Positions 10,516 to 28,600 of a DNA stretch of 64,000 bases are shown one piece after another (the first letter of the stretch is position 1; each line of letters begins with the position of its first letter). Under the pieces are notes generated by a model. The model did not search any database and was not told the origin of the DNA. It saw nothing but the letters and a program-made list of their open reading frames with translations. The translations under genes and the position numbers were made by a program. The stretch is from positions 8,618,001 through 8,682,000 of the forward strand of contig NC_087447.1 of NCBI RefSeq assembly GCF_036321535.1, read 5' to 3'. The stretch is from Camelus dromedarius (taxonomy: Eukaryota).

Positions 10516-13500
10516 CACCTGGGGAGCATGTGCTGATGCTAGACCTGCTCTTGCCATTGTTAGGGGGCAGCACCGAAGGTTGGAAGCATCTCACTTCCCC
10601 TGCTGGGGACAAAATGAAGATTGTGCCCAGGCCGAAGTTTTCTTTTCTTTTCCCAGCCAGGTAGCAGGACTTTATGGGGCATTGCATCTCAGTCACTTCC
10701 TCGCCAAGGGCACTGGGAATTTTCCTGAGGTGTAATCGCTTCTCACTCTGCTTTCTGGACCATAAAGCTATCAGTGAAAGTATCTCTTTGAACTGGTGTT
10801 GGCTGGTTTCTTCCACAAACCTGCATGCCTCCTGATTCTTTCATAACCTTTCCAGATCTTTTAGGAATCTGACATGTGTACTTGGGGTAGGGATGGGGGT
10901 CAGGTCGCTTATGAGGAAAAAAGTGAGATAGGCAGAGGGCAATATGGACTTGACTTAGGAAAAGTATACAAAGTGGGGAAATTTACACAATTACAGTTCA
11001 TTGTTGTCGTTGAGCTCCTGTGTCCTGGGCTGTACTGGGGACTTCACATACTCATTGAATCTTCAACAACTTTATGAGATCTTACCCCTCTCTCCACCAT
11101 TTTTTCCCCGTAAACAAGGAAACTTGAGACTGAACAATCAAAATTAATGTGTTCAAGGTCACAGAGCTAGTTAAGGGGCAAGCCAGAATTTGAACCCTGC
11201 CTTGTGATTTCAGACTCCACACATCATATGCAGGCTTAATACATGGTTGAAGATGCTTAACTGTGAAGTAGAAGTTGTTTTCTTTTTTGTCCTTCTGTTT
11301 GGCTGTGTTGCCTTCCTTCTTTACTTCTGCTTTCCACCTAGACCCGTGGTTGACTGTTTCAACAATAGATACTGTATTGATGACTGGAAATTTTTGCCTA
11401 CGTTTTGTAACTATGAATTGAGGTCTCTGCGGGTGACAAATTGGAAGGCAGAAAACATTAAGCTCTGTGGTGGTAGGTTTGGGAGGGGGAGGAGATGGAG
11501 GGCCTGTGGAATAGAAATGATAGGTGCTTGGGGAAACTAAAGCAAGAAATTCTAGATGAGAGAATCTTAAGAATTCATCTAGTCCAGCTCCCTCACTTAA
11601 AAGGTGTGATGACAGCCTAGACAGGTCAAATTACTCATCTGTGGTCTGGCACGTGGCTACTGACAGGAGAGGTAGCAGAGAATTGGGAGTTTAGGGTGTT
11701 GAGTGGCATGGGGGATCTAAGAGAACACTCTGCCCCGTTTGTGGTGAAGCGTGGTGCTGCGGATAGACTGGAGGGCTGCCTATAGACCCTCTCCCTTCAG
11801 CACATAAGGAAGAGTGTTTAAAAAAAAACAAAAAAAAAGGCAGGAAGGAAAATTTAGAAAGGTGAGAATATGAGTGAATTTTCTGAATTTCTTCTCTATT
11901 TGGATGTCACATTCAGCACTGTGAACTCTGACTAACACGCTACTGATTGAGTCATAGGAAGGAGACGAGCTGAGCATCAAAGATTGGGACAAAGAAAGCG
12001 CCTTACCTGGGGCATTATGGGAAGCAAAAGTTGATGCTTAACATTTTCATGGCTGAGCAAGTGAATTCTATGCCTTTCATTTTCCTTGTGTGGGAATAAC
12101 CTTTCATCTTTCAAATGGATGATTTTACTTTCGCAAATACATCACTGCCTTAACTCTTTGGTGAAACAAGGCAAGATGTACATAAATGCAATATGAGCAA
12201 CTTTTCCAATCCTTCCTAGAGTAAATATCAAATCAAACGCCTATAAAAAAAATCAAAATGCCTTTAAGAATCAGTTGCCTTTAAAAGAGTGAATTTTATG
12301 GTATGTGAGTTATATATCAATTAAAAAAAAAAAGACACAGAAGGGAAAAAAATGGTTGCCTTGGAACACTAGTTCCTAAAAGCAAGGCATAATACGTGTA
12401 CATGTATATAAAATGTATATAGTTTCTCTGGATAGTCTGGGAACACAGTAACCACTGTTACTGCCTCGGCCAAGTGCAATACCTAACTCTAGAGGATCTG
12501 TTACTTGGTGAGATACTCCCAAAGAGCAAGCCTTTGCTTTCAGTTCCCAGCCTGGAATGCATCCTTCATTAGAGGTGGCAGTCAGGAATTTGCAAGATGT
12601 TTAAAGCAGCAGCCAACACAATTAGGGCCAAAGTTGCCTCACTTTATTTGCTGGACACTAAGAACAAGTTATACCTGTCTGTAGAGGTGTGATCAGCAGA
12701 GAATTTTCTCTAGTTTCCACTACCGCCCATGCATGGATTCGAGGAACCACAGGTCAGTTCATCTGACCTCTAGTCCAATACTGGATCCTCCTTTTGCCAG
12801 TTGTTAAACCTCTGCTTGAAATAGAACTCACTATCCCCAAAAGAAACCTATTCTATGGTTGGACAACCCTGATTGTTGGATAATGATTCCTTCTACTGAG
12901 CCAAAGTTGGCTCCCTTTCATGGTGGGATGGGTCAGGCCCCAACCTATTAAAGAGTTTAGCCCTGAGAAGTTATTTGCTTTTGAGCTACAAGCCAATTTA
13001 GTTTTCAGACAACCACCCTTTGCCCTCCAGTTTGAGAAATATATTACTAGTTTAGGATTTTTCTTTTCTTAATTGGCTATTTTGTACGTGTAGGCTTTAG
13101 CGTGATGTTGAGTGCCTCATCAATTACCAGACGTTTGGCCAAGCTTAGCTTCACAAAACTCACCATTTTGGCCCTTCACATTGGATTTCAGTTTCCCCAA
13201 AGCCAGTGATTCCAAAGATGGTTTACTTGGACATATCTTAATACTTTTTTTTACTGTAAAATATATTTTGATGGTTGGTGGTTTTTTTGTTTTCTTTTTG
13301 GCAAGTGATATAAAGTGTTCTAAAGTCCCCTCCCAGTTTTATCAATAAGTAATTTCAGCATGCACCTCTAAAAGAACTCTTTAAAAAAAAAAGTAACCAT
13401 TATCACACTCAACAAAATTGATAATAATTCTTGTTCAAATTTCCCTAATTGTCTCATAAACTTTTAGTTGTTTTCTTCAAATCAGAATCCAAAGGAGAGT

Positions 13501-13544
13501 CACATTTATTTGGTTGGTATCTCTTAAGCAAACCCCGCTTCTTT

Positions 13545-13674
13545 TAATAAAAAAAAAAAAGTTGGGGGGGTAATTAGGTCTACTTATTTATTTTTGGAGG
13601 AGGTACTGGGGATTGAAACCAGGGCCTTGTGTATGCTCAGCATGCACTCTACCACTTGAGCTGTACCTTCCCCT
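13545..13674 (-). mobile_element. Vic-1-type SINE
   Basis: Reverse-complement tRNA-Ala head 'aggtactggggattgaaacc...ctaccacttgagctgtaccttcccc' plus tail. Confidence 0.85.
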
Positions 13675-15611
13675 GCAGTCCCTTTTAACCTATAGGTTCC
13701 CCTCTTTTTCCTTGCCATTTATTGAAGAAATTGAGTTATTTGGCTTATGGTCTCAATCTGGAGTTTGCTGATTACATCCCCATGGTATTATTTAACATAT
13801 TCCTCTGTCCAAAAGCTCCTTTCAAAATATATATTTAAGTAAAATATTGACTAAATAGTATAGATCGTGGTTCTGGCAAAATTATAAAGGCAGTGGGTAT
13901 CAGTTCGGGAAATGCTGTTCTAAACTGTCCCTCATGTGCCAAAGTATGAATCTTCACATCCACCAGGAATGCTTTCTCTTCAATCAAACCCTCAAATCCT
14001 GTGTGGAAACCATTAAGGATTGGTAAGGTGAGCAGCCTCATCACCCAGGAACTTCTGAGTACAGAGATTTAGGTACCTCTGGCTGTTTCCTTCAGGATGT
14101 GGGCTGGCCAGACCTCTTCCAGACCCACATCTGACTGCTGACTTTTGTCCCCTTTCCTGTTCGTTAACATCTCTGTTAGGAGCTGGCTTTCAAATTAAAG
14201 ACCAAAGTGTTAAGTCTGACCGCTTTGTTTCTTAGTATCCCTAATAAAAGTGTTAGTGCAATGAATTTCTAAAAAAATTTTTAAACATCAGCTTTATTTT
14301 TTTCCTCACTGATGCAGAACATAGCTTACTGTAACATCAAGTCTTTGGGGGAAAAAAAAAGCAGAAAGCAAAACCAGTCCAAAACAAATGTAACACACAA
14401 CCATGACATAATTTTGTCAACAATCAAGGCTGAGACATTTAAGAAGCTTGGAAAAGGAATAAAATATTCTACTCTTGTTATTCCTATCCTTGGACTTACA
14501 AGATTATTTGGTATAAAATCTTTCTGTTGTAAGCTGATGGTTGTATTATTTAAGGGTCTGGGGAGACACAAAGAGGAGATTAGCTCGCTGGGAGAGAGCC
14601 ATTACTAATAAAGGGAGAAGAGCCCGTGTACAATTGGCAAGACTACGCGTTTTTTTTTTTTTTCTTTCTGATATCTGTCTGTGCTTACTTGATGGCAAAT
14701 GACACATGCTTATTACCTCCACTCATACAGGGAGAGGCAGTGCTATGTGGTCTCATCCCCTCCGTACAACTCATATACTGTGGACATGACTCATAACAAA
14801 TGCACAGAATGACAGAGGAGCTCCTAGTTGATGGAGCCTCCTACTGAGCCATGACTGCACCAGATCTGCAGCCTGCACCTGTGCCCAGCAAAGCTTCCAG
14901 AAAGTTCTGTCAGTGCTTAAAAGACACTAAGGAAAGAGAACCCTTCCTCATTGTTTCCCTCATTCTGTAAGGAGCTGAGCTCTTGCAAAATACAAGCTGA
15001 CAGGTAAAGAACACAACTATGCTCCTATTCTGCTTTTATGCTACTGTTCCTAGAAGACCTGGTAATCTGTCTTTCCTATGTTTTTAAAAGAACTGAGCAT
15101 ACTATAGACATGCACCTATTAAAAATTAAAATGTTTACTCGAGTGTTTTTTTTTTTTTTGGCATGAGGGCTTTAAAAGATTATAAAATAAATACTCAAAA
15201 GTTTGACTCCAGGAGTTTTAAGATACAAGAGTTTGCTGAAAAAATAAATAAGTAACAATCAGAGTCTGAACAATAGCGAGGACTAGAGATTACCAAGAGA
15301 AACAATAGGAACTTTTGTGGGGGGAAAAGGATGTGAATGTATGTGAAACATTACAAAGAAAAAGGAATTAAGTTTAATCAAAATGGTTAATTTCAAATCT
15401 TTCATTTTGAGCCATGGCGGGGCCCATTTACAACTGTCTAGTTTTACCAAGAAAAAAAATAAATGCCAGTTTGCAGCCTGTGTAACTTTGGCTTTGGGCA
15501 TCTGAGGAACTGAAGAAAGAACCTCCTTTCTGCTTATGTTTATTACCATTTTTATCCTCTGCTAGTCTTCTCCTCTGTATATGACTACATCTAACAACGT
15601 CTATTATTAAA

Positions 15612-15748
15612 ATTTATTTTAAAAAAAAATTTAGGGGGAGGTAATCAGGTTTATTTATTTATTTATTTTAATGAAGGTACTGGGGATTGAACCCAGGACC
15701 TCGTGCATGCTAAGTACATGTTCTACCACTGAGCTATACCTTCCCCCC
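15612..15748 (-). mobile_element. Vic-1-type SINE downstream of the TTC9C stop, sense to TTC9C
   Basis: 'aggtactggggattgaacccaggacctcgtgcatgctaag...ctaccactgagctataccttcccc' with (TTTA)n tail. Confidence 0.9.
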
Positions 15749-16060
15749 ACCATCATAAAAATCTATGCCCGAGATATGATTAATTCCACCTATAGCTGAT
15801 GAATGTTTTCTGGTTGTATTTCTCAAGGCAAATGTCCCCAAGAATACAATGTACTGAAAGCCATACAAATACACAAATGGAGAGACAAAAACAGACACAG
15901 ACTGTATACATGGTAGAGTTTGTGCAGAACTAGAAACAAAACAGAAGTCCACCTGGGTCAGAGGTATGGGGTTAATTTCTCTTGCTGAGGCTCAAGTTTC
16001 CCCTCGATGGGTCTTTAGTGGTTCACCTAAGTTCAAGTGGAGGGGTATCTTTCTTCTTTG

Positions 16061-20587
<4,527 letters not shown>

Positions 20588-21249
20588 AACTCTGTCGCCC
20601 GATGTTCTTGCAGAACTGGACAGTGAAAAGAGCAACTGAAGCTCTGGGGATAGGAGTGAAATAACTGATGTTGGTAGGTGACGTAAAAATGCAGGAAATT
20701 ACCCTTCTCCAGGAGGCCTCCCAGGGAATGAGATTTGCTTGATTCTACTACAGCCCTTTTCTCTCTTCTCTGCAGTTATTTTTTTCAATCTCTAGAAGTG
20801 CAGGAAACTAATCAAGGAGAAGGTGTGGAAATAGAGCCAGAGATCGATCGACTTCCTAAATAGGCGATTCTAGGGTGAGGAGACTCCATGAAAAAGCGAA
20901 GGCCGTTCTAAGGAATTGTGGCAGGCGTGCGAACGCCGGCGGAATCTGCTTCCTCCTTGCCTTGGGACACACCTCTCTGACCTGGAAGTGGAAGGGAGTA
21001 GGCGGGGACAGATGCTAAAAGAGGTCTAGAGGGCTGGCCGGCCTCCATCTCAGCTCTTTGTCTGCACTTAATTCAACCAGCATTTGTTGACCTCTGGGCC
21101 AGTAGTTGGGGAGCCGAGATGAGTGCGGTCCGTGCACCCCAACCACAAGCCGAGAGTGACACGGCCGCAGCGCCTCTCGGCTGCAAGTCCCCTACGCTCC
21201 GCGGCCAGTCCCTCATCCCCTGCAAATGGCCAAGCCCGCAGTCTCCCCG

Positions 21250-22198
21250 CTGGGTTTCGGTTTACGAGCCAGGAGCACACAGAGGACATGATCCGGTCTC
21301 CGGACAGTTTGGTGTCTAAAGGGTCGCGCCTATGGGCGACGCCGCCCAATCAGAAGCGGCCTCGGAAAAGTAATCCCGCAGAAACGACCCCGCCTCGCCA
21401 GCCTCCACAGCGCACCAACCCGGAAAAAAAAACCGGGAAAAAAAAAAATCCCCAGGCACCTTCGCCAATTGAAAAAAACAAAATCCGAGAGATCACGGAT
21501 GACCAATCAGAGCTGCAGATGACGATTCAAGTTGGCCAATAAGGCGAGGTCAGGGGGCCTGTTGCTGGGTAGAAGTTGGAAGGATTGAGGGAAAAGTAGG
21601 GCCAGGGGTTACTGTATGCCTTGGTTTTGGAAATCCCTTTTGTTGACTAAACAGAAAGACAATTGCTAGTAGGCGTTCATGTTGTAAGAGTTCCCTGCTT
21701 CCCTTCTGGCTTTTTTTCTTTCTGTCTCAGGTGGTTGCACGTATAGACAGTAGGGAACAGAGACTAGCGAGCAAGCCCTACGACGACAGCGCGATCGGGT
21801 CAGACGGGAGTAAAGCTGGTGACGGGGTGGGAGGGGCGTGTGGCGAGGGAGCTGCGGGCGGCTGCGCGGAGCCCCGGGCTGGAAGTACGGAGGGACGGGT
21901 GAGCACACGCCTCGGTGCTACGAGGCACTTGAGCCGAAGCCAGCCTTTCCCGTCTCCGGCTCCGGTGCGGCTGCGCCGTGAAGCTACCGGCGGCGATTGG
22001 CCCAGGGGGTGAGAGGGGGCGGGAGGTAAAGGGAGGGAAGTCTGTCGTCCTCGGCGCGCGCCCGCCCGCCACAGGGGAACCGAGGGCGCTGGAAGGGAAG
22101 CAGCTCCCCGCTGCGTTGTTTGGGCCGAAAAGGGGAGGGAGGAGCGGGGAGAAACAAACACTACGTAGCGGAGGCTGCGCGCGGCCCTCACTGCCTGC
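21250..22198. promoter_or_regulatory. CpG island and divergent promoter of TTC9C (-) and HNRNPUL2 (+)
   Basis: CpG-rich; CCAAT at 21346, 21465, 21503 and 21536, and an inverted box (gattgg) at 21995-22000; lies between the two head-to-head genes. Confidence 0.8.
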
Positions 22199-22631
22199 NN
22201 NNNNNNNNNNNNNNNNNNNNNNNNNNNNNNNNNNNNNNNNNNNNNNNNNNNNNNNNNNNNNNNNNNNNNNNNNNNNNNNNNNNNNNNNNNNNNNNNNNNN
22301 NNNNNNNNNNNNNNNNNNNNNNNNNNNNNNNNNNNNNNNNNNNNNNNNNNNNNNNNNNNNNNNNNNNNNNNNNNNNNNNNNNNNNNNNNNNNNNNNNNNN
22401 NNNNNNNNNNNNNNNNNNNNNNNNNNNNNNNNNNNNNNNNNNNNNNNNNNNNNNNNNNNNNNNNNNNNNNNNNNNNNNNNNNNNNNNNNNNNNNNNNNNN
22501 NNNNNNNNNNNNNNNNNNNNNNNNNNNNNNNNNNNNNNNNNNNNNNNNNNNNNNNNNNNNNNNNNNNNNNNNNNNNNNNNNNNNNNNNNNNNNNNNNNNN
22601 NNNNNNNNNNNNNNNNNNNNNNNNNNNNNNN

Positions 22632-25600
22632 CACCTCTTGCTCAGGCCTCGGGCCAGGCCGCGCAGCCGCCACCGGAGCCCCCGGAGGCGGCAGCCATGG
22701 AGGCCGCGGCCGAGCCTGATGCTTCCGAGAAACCCGCGGAGGAGGCCACGGCCGGGTCAGGTGGGGTAAATGGTGGCGAAGAGCAGGGCACCGGCAAAGG
22801 GGAGGAAGATGAGCCGGAGGAGCGCAGCGGGGACGAGACGCCGGGATCCGAGGCGCCGGCTGACAAGGCCGCAGAGGAACAGGGTGAGGAGCTGGCAGCG
22901 GAGCCCGGCTCCAACCTGCCGAGTGCGCCCCGACCCAGCACTGAGCCTTGCACAGCGGGGTCCGATTCCCCTCGCCGATTGGTGGGACTCGCCAGGGGAG
23001 GTGGCTTTTATTCTCTACCCACCTTTCGGGGGGAGTTGGCCACTTCTGGTGGCCCCACTCTGCAGGAGGGAGGTTCCTGCCTAACTTGGTTGCTTGGTGG
23101 TAGTGGATGGAAGTAAGCGGTTTTGCATGAGAACTGCTTACGAGCTACCTGTGGAGCAGCCTCCCGCGGTGCTGGTTATCTTTTCCTAAACCGGGAATCC
23201 GCTGAGGAATTGTTGATTACACGGACAGCCAGACCGATTGTTGGAGGTTTCGGCCTTTGGGCTACCTGACTATTGACTTTTTTCGCTGTAAAAATATTAA
23301 GCAATAATAGAATTTCGTCAAGGTTCGCTCCATCAAAAGCACATTACTAGAGTTTGAGCCACACAGAAAGTCTGGAAATCTAACTTCGCTCCTGCTTCAG
23401 CAGCCTGTGGTGCGAAGGTGTCAAGTTTAATAGTTAACTGCAGAAGAGAAAATCTTAATCTAGAGCATTTAGAATAAATTAGTTAACGTTACTTGGCTAG
23501 GAGTTTTACCTTGCCAGAATTTTTAATGATTAAATTTTAATCTTCCATCTGAGTGGATGGATGGGCAAATTTGTGTATTTGTTGGACACTTAGGTGGCCT
23601 TTTACATTTCAGGTCCCTGACTTCCTGAATTGAAATGATTGGGCTGTTGGTGGGCCCATTGAGTAACCTTGTGGAAGAGAACATATAGTTACCCCAGGGA
23701 GTTAGTGACCTTGCTCTCTTCCTTTGAAGTGATTGGATGGTTAGAACTGATGCATAACTGTCTGTCAGAGTAGGAAGGAAAACCAGAGCTGCTTCCAATT
23801 CTTACTATGAAGTGACCTGCCTAAATTCCTTTTATAATACATTTTTTAAGTTGCTATTTGCTCTGATGGTATAATTGGAACTCATTCTACAACAGTCACA
23901 CGCAACTTGCAGATCGTTTGCCCTATGTCCTGAAACAAAAATGCCATTACATAACCTTTGACTTAATGTGTACCCCAAATAGCAGATAAAAAAAGGTTGA
24001 GAGATAAAGGACTTCTTTAAATAAGTTATTAAAAACCTTAGTGTTGCAAACCACAAAATGCAAGGAAAAATTCAGGGTTTTTTTTTCCCTCTTGTAAAGA
24101 ATGTTGCTAAATATATGACAACATCTTTCTGCCCCAAATTACGTGCAGTAAAGATGCAGTATTATTTATGGGTCTTTTGTGACTTAATGGTTTGCTCTTG
24201 CAAGTTTCACTAAAAATGCATGATAAAAATTCAGCTCTGTATATGCACCTGAGTCCATTTGCAATGTAAGTAAAGACGTGGTTGGTTGTGGGGTTTAAAG
24301 CTGGAAAGGCAAATTCTTCAATAAAGAAAAAAAAAAGTTGAGGCTTCTGTAACAGGAAGCTGTGGAAGAGTGTTAGAAAATATGTACATTTTGTCTAGTT
24401 TAAATCCAGATCTACAGTCAAGAATCAAAATTAACCTATGAAGTCTTTAAAAGACTTATGGAATATTTCTTTTATGTCATACTGGTGGGAAAATCTGCAA
24501 GTTTGACCTGATTTAAGCAGATAAATTTAGAATGCAAAAATTACCCGGTTTTTATCTACTGCTTGGCTGTAATTAGCCTATACTGTCCCCTTTTTTAAAA
24601 AATAAGATAAAATCCCAACCAATGACAGGAAGATGATCTTTGGAAATAAAACATTCTGTGGATGCTCTGGGAATAACCTGGCTCTTCTGATTAGACAGAT
24701 GTCCAGGTCCCCCTTTAGTTTCTGTTGGCTCTGAGCTTATTCTACACTCCAGTATGAAAACTGCTGATTTTCTTTCCCTCCTTTTTGTAGGAGNNNNNNN
24801 NNNNNNNNNNNNNNNNNNNNNNNNNNNNNNNNNNNNNNNNNNNNNNNNNNNNNNNNNNNNNNNNNNNNNNNNNNNNNNNNNNNNNNNNNNNNNNNNNNNN
24901 NNNNNNNNNNNNNNNNNNNNNNNNNNNNNNNNNNNNNNNNNNNNNNNNNNNNNNNNNNNNNNNNNNNNNNNNNNNNNNNNNNNNNNNNNNNNNNNNNAGT
25001 CTGGAAAGAGGGGTGGATTAAAAATGGAATAGGTTTTTATAGGCCTAAGTTTCAGATTGAATCTACCCTGAAAGCTCCCGTTGCCCTTTTCTCTTTTGTT
25101 GAAAGAAGCCGTCTGCTGGAATTTTATATTCACTGATAGTTTAAACAAAAGTGATGCCATGCAGATATCCCTCAAATTAGAGGATTTGGTTACATTGTAT
25201 ATGCTTTTCTCTCATGTGTATAGCTCAAAGTCTCCACCACCCCCTGAAGAAGAAGCAAAAGATGAGGAGGAGGATCAGACTCTTGTGAACCTGGACACAT
25301 GTATGTATAAGGCAGACAGGTTGGAGTTTCTAGCCAATCAGAAGTGATTTTAGAGATTAAAACTTAATGGCCTGCAATTTTTAAGAGATTTAGACTTTGT
25401 ATCCATTCTTGGCTACTGGGTATATTTGTGTTGTGTTGGTGACTTCAAGTGTTGGGCATTGGAGTAAACAGATTGCTTCTTTCTTAACAGATACCTCGGA
25501 TCTCCATTTTCAAGTGAGCAAAGACCGCTATGGAGGGCAGCCCCTTTTCTCAGAGAAGTTCCCTACCCTTTGGTCTGGGGCAAGAAGTACTTATGGAGTG

Positions 25601-28600
25601 ACAAAGGGGAAGGTCTGCTTTGAGGCCAAGGTAGTATACACAGCTCATTAAGACCGTTCATTTATTAAGTTAGTCATTAAACTACTACATACTGGACTTG
25701 TGCCCACCAGTATTTTATTAGTGCAGAAAAAGGCACCATGCTTTAACGAAAACCTTAGCTCTAGTAACGAAGAAATTGACCCCCATGGCTTTGGTTTAAG
25801 TACATTGACAGTTGTGTTTCTGATGTTGAGGCATGATGGTTGTCATGTTTGGTTTATATCGAAATCGTGTCTTTCTAACTCAGACTTTGCTCCAGTTGGT
25901 CAGGGTATCTGAAAGTTCCTTTTCTGACTTGGCCAGGTAACCCAGAATCTCCCAATGAAAGAAGGCTGCACAGAGGTTTCTCTCCTTCGAGTTGGATGGT
26001 CTGTTGATTTTTCCCATCCTCAACTTGGTAAAGTTATTTTAACTTAATCATTTCAGTGTTTGGTACTCCGCAGAAGGTTTGGGTGAAGGTAACTAATCTG
26101 CTGACTGTTTTAGGTGAGGATGAATTCTCTTATGGTTTTGATGGACGAGGACTCAAGGCAGAGAGTGGGCAGTTTGAGGAATTTGGCCAGACTTTTGGGG
26201 AGAATGATGTCATTGGCTGCTTTGCTGTAAGTGCTCCTGAAAAGTTATGGGTTTGTAGCAAGGAGGGCACTGGGAGTTCAATTTGCTTCCCATCAACTGC
26301 TGTCTTTTTTGTATTTGATGCATTGCTTGCATAGTTGTGCAGCAGAGTTTTGTTTTTTTTTTTTTTTTAAGAAAGAAAAAGATTAAATTGTAAGATTTAA
26401 TCAGCCTCAAACCCTGTATGCCCATAAATGCTCTTATCTTTTGTCACTGTAGAATTTTGAGGCAGAAGAAGTAGAACTTTCCTTTTCCAAGAATGGAGAA
26501 GACCTAGGTGTGGCATTCCGTATCAACAAGGAATCCCTGGCAGACCGGGCCCTCCTACCCCATGTCCTCTGCAAAAATTGTGTTGTAGAATTAAATTTTG
26601 GTCAGAAGGAGGAGCCCTTCTTCCCACCACCAGACGAGTTTGTGTTCATCCATGCTGTGCCTGTTGAGGAGCGTGTGCGCACTGTGGTCCCTCCCAAGAC
26701 CCTAGAGGAATGTGAGGTATGCTAGACAGTATGCCGAAATTTGGTGCTCATTGTTGGAATAGTGGGTGGGTAGCTTTTCTTCTCAAAGCTTTATCCAACT
26801 TGGTCATGGGAGGATATTCTTAAATTGGGCTTTATAAACGTGACCCTCACTCATTTTTCATAGCAATTCTGTTTACTTGCAGGTGATTCTGATGGTGGGA
26901 TTGCCTGGATCTGGAAAGACCCAGTGGGCACTGAAATACGCAAAGGAAAACCCTGAGAAAAGATACAATGTCCTGGGAGCTGAGACTGTGCTCAATCAAA
27001 TGAGGGTGAGTTTCTGGTAGAAGTTAGTCAGCTGTGGTATTTGCTCTTGAGGTTCCAAGAAACTCATAGTCTTTTCCCAGTGGTATTGGTCTTTCAAATG
27101 TCTGAGAACCAGGGCCCCACAAATAAAGAAATGATTTTGTAGTATGTATGGAAGGTAGAGTTTTTTCCCTTTGCTGTGTTGTCAGACTTCCGAAAGCTGA
27201 TAAAATCTGGAATATGTCCGGATTGAGACTGGAAATGACTCCTGTAGGAAGTGGACAACACTCACAGCAGTGAGGAATGGCAGTGAGCTGATGTGGTGGC
27301 ATTTTGTGGAATTTACGAATGACTCCTGGGCTTTGACTGCATAAATTCTTGTGTTTCTCTTCCTCTCGAATTTATCAGATGAAGGGGCTCGAGGAGCCAG
27401 AGATGGACCCCAAAAGCCGAGACCTTTTAGTTCAGCAAGCCTCCCAGTGCCTTAGTAAGCTGGTCCAGATTGCTTCCCGGACAAAGAGGAACTTCATTCT
27501 TGATCAGGTATTGTTTAAACATTCAAAAGAAACCTAATTTAACAGATGGTCCAAGATGAAAAATTTGGTAACCATTTAATCTGATAAAATCGCTCGGAAT
27601 CAAAATAGGGTGCTTATGTAGAGAAAGACTAAATTGAGGAATAGAATCAGGTTACCTGATTATGACCCAAGTGGTTGTGTATTATGGTTGTAATGTTTTT
27701 TTGAACTCAGAGATACAGCACTTAGTGTGTTTATCAGAGAGTATGTGGATCCAGATTATAAAACATACTGGAGGCAATGAAAGAATGTTGGAGTTCATTT
27801 GGATTCATGGTTCCACCACTTACTAGGTTTGTGACCTTGGACAAGTCTTGGCCTGTCTGAGTCTCAGTTTTCAAGTTGTGCAAAATAGGATAACAAGTAG
27901 ATTTTTAAAGAATTAAAAGAGATTGTGTAAATAAGACCCTGAATCTGGTGGCCTCACTTGTAGAAGGTGCTCAATAAATGTTGGTTGAATTTGAGTTTAA
28001 TTTTTATTCCTAAAACATCTGTTCCTCCTGTCCCTAGTGTAANNNNNNNNNNNNNNNNNNNNNNNNNNNNNNNNNNNNNNNNNNNNNNNNNNNNNNNNNN
28101 NNNNNNNNNNNNNNNNNNNNNNNNNNNNNNNNNNNNNNNNNNNNNNNNNNNNNNNNNNNNNNNNNNNNNNNNNNTGTGCCTGAGTCTATAATGCTGGAGA
28201 TGAAAGGTGGGCTAAGTTGTACAGGTTCGGGATCCTGTCCTTGGTCAGTGCACCCCTTACTAGGGCCTCTTAGCACCTGGAGTGAATCTCCACATCTAAA
28301 GTATAAATCTGAGGAGTCAATTAATAGGTGTGATCACTTATAGATTAATGAAGGAGCAGAGTGAACGGAGAAGCAATAACCCCTTGACTCATTCTGATAA
28401 AATACAAAAAGGGAAATGGTGATAGACCACAGAATGATTAAAACTCAGGGTGGAGGCTTCAATGAGTCAGTCATTTATTTAGTGAGTACTTGGGGTGTCT
28501 CCATTTGTCCAGTACTGCTGTAGACGTAGGGAAATAGTAAATGAAATGGAGCTCTGCCTTCATTGAATTTGTATTCTGGAGGTGGGAGATTCTTGTGGTT

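Noticed and set aside
11745-11762. Partial REST/RE1-like half site (cgtggtgctg); similar gacagcgcc near 48118
   Set aside because: Only one half-site in each case, and not near the neuronal GNG3 promoter.
21978-22769. ORFs of 160-263 aa spanning N-runs, also at 24573-25175 and 30742-31968
   Set aside because: Artefacts of translating through Ns.
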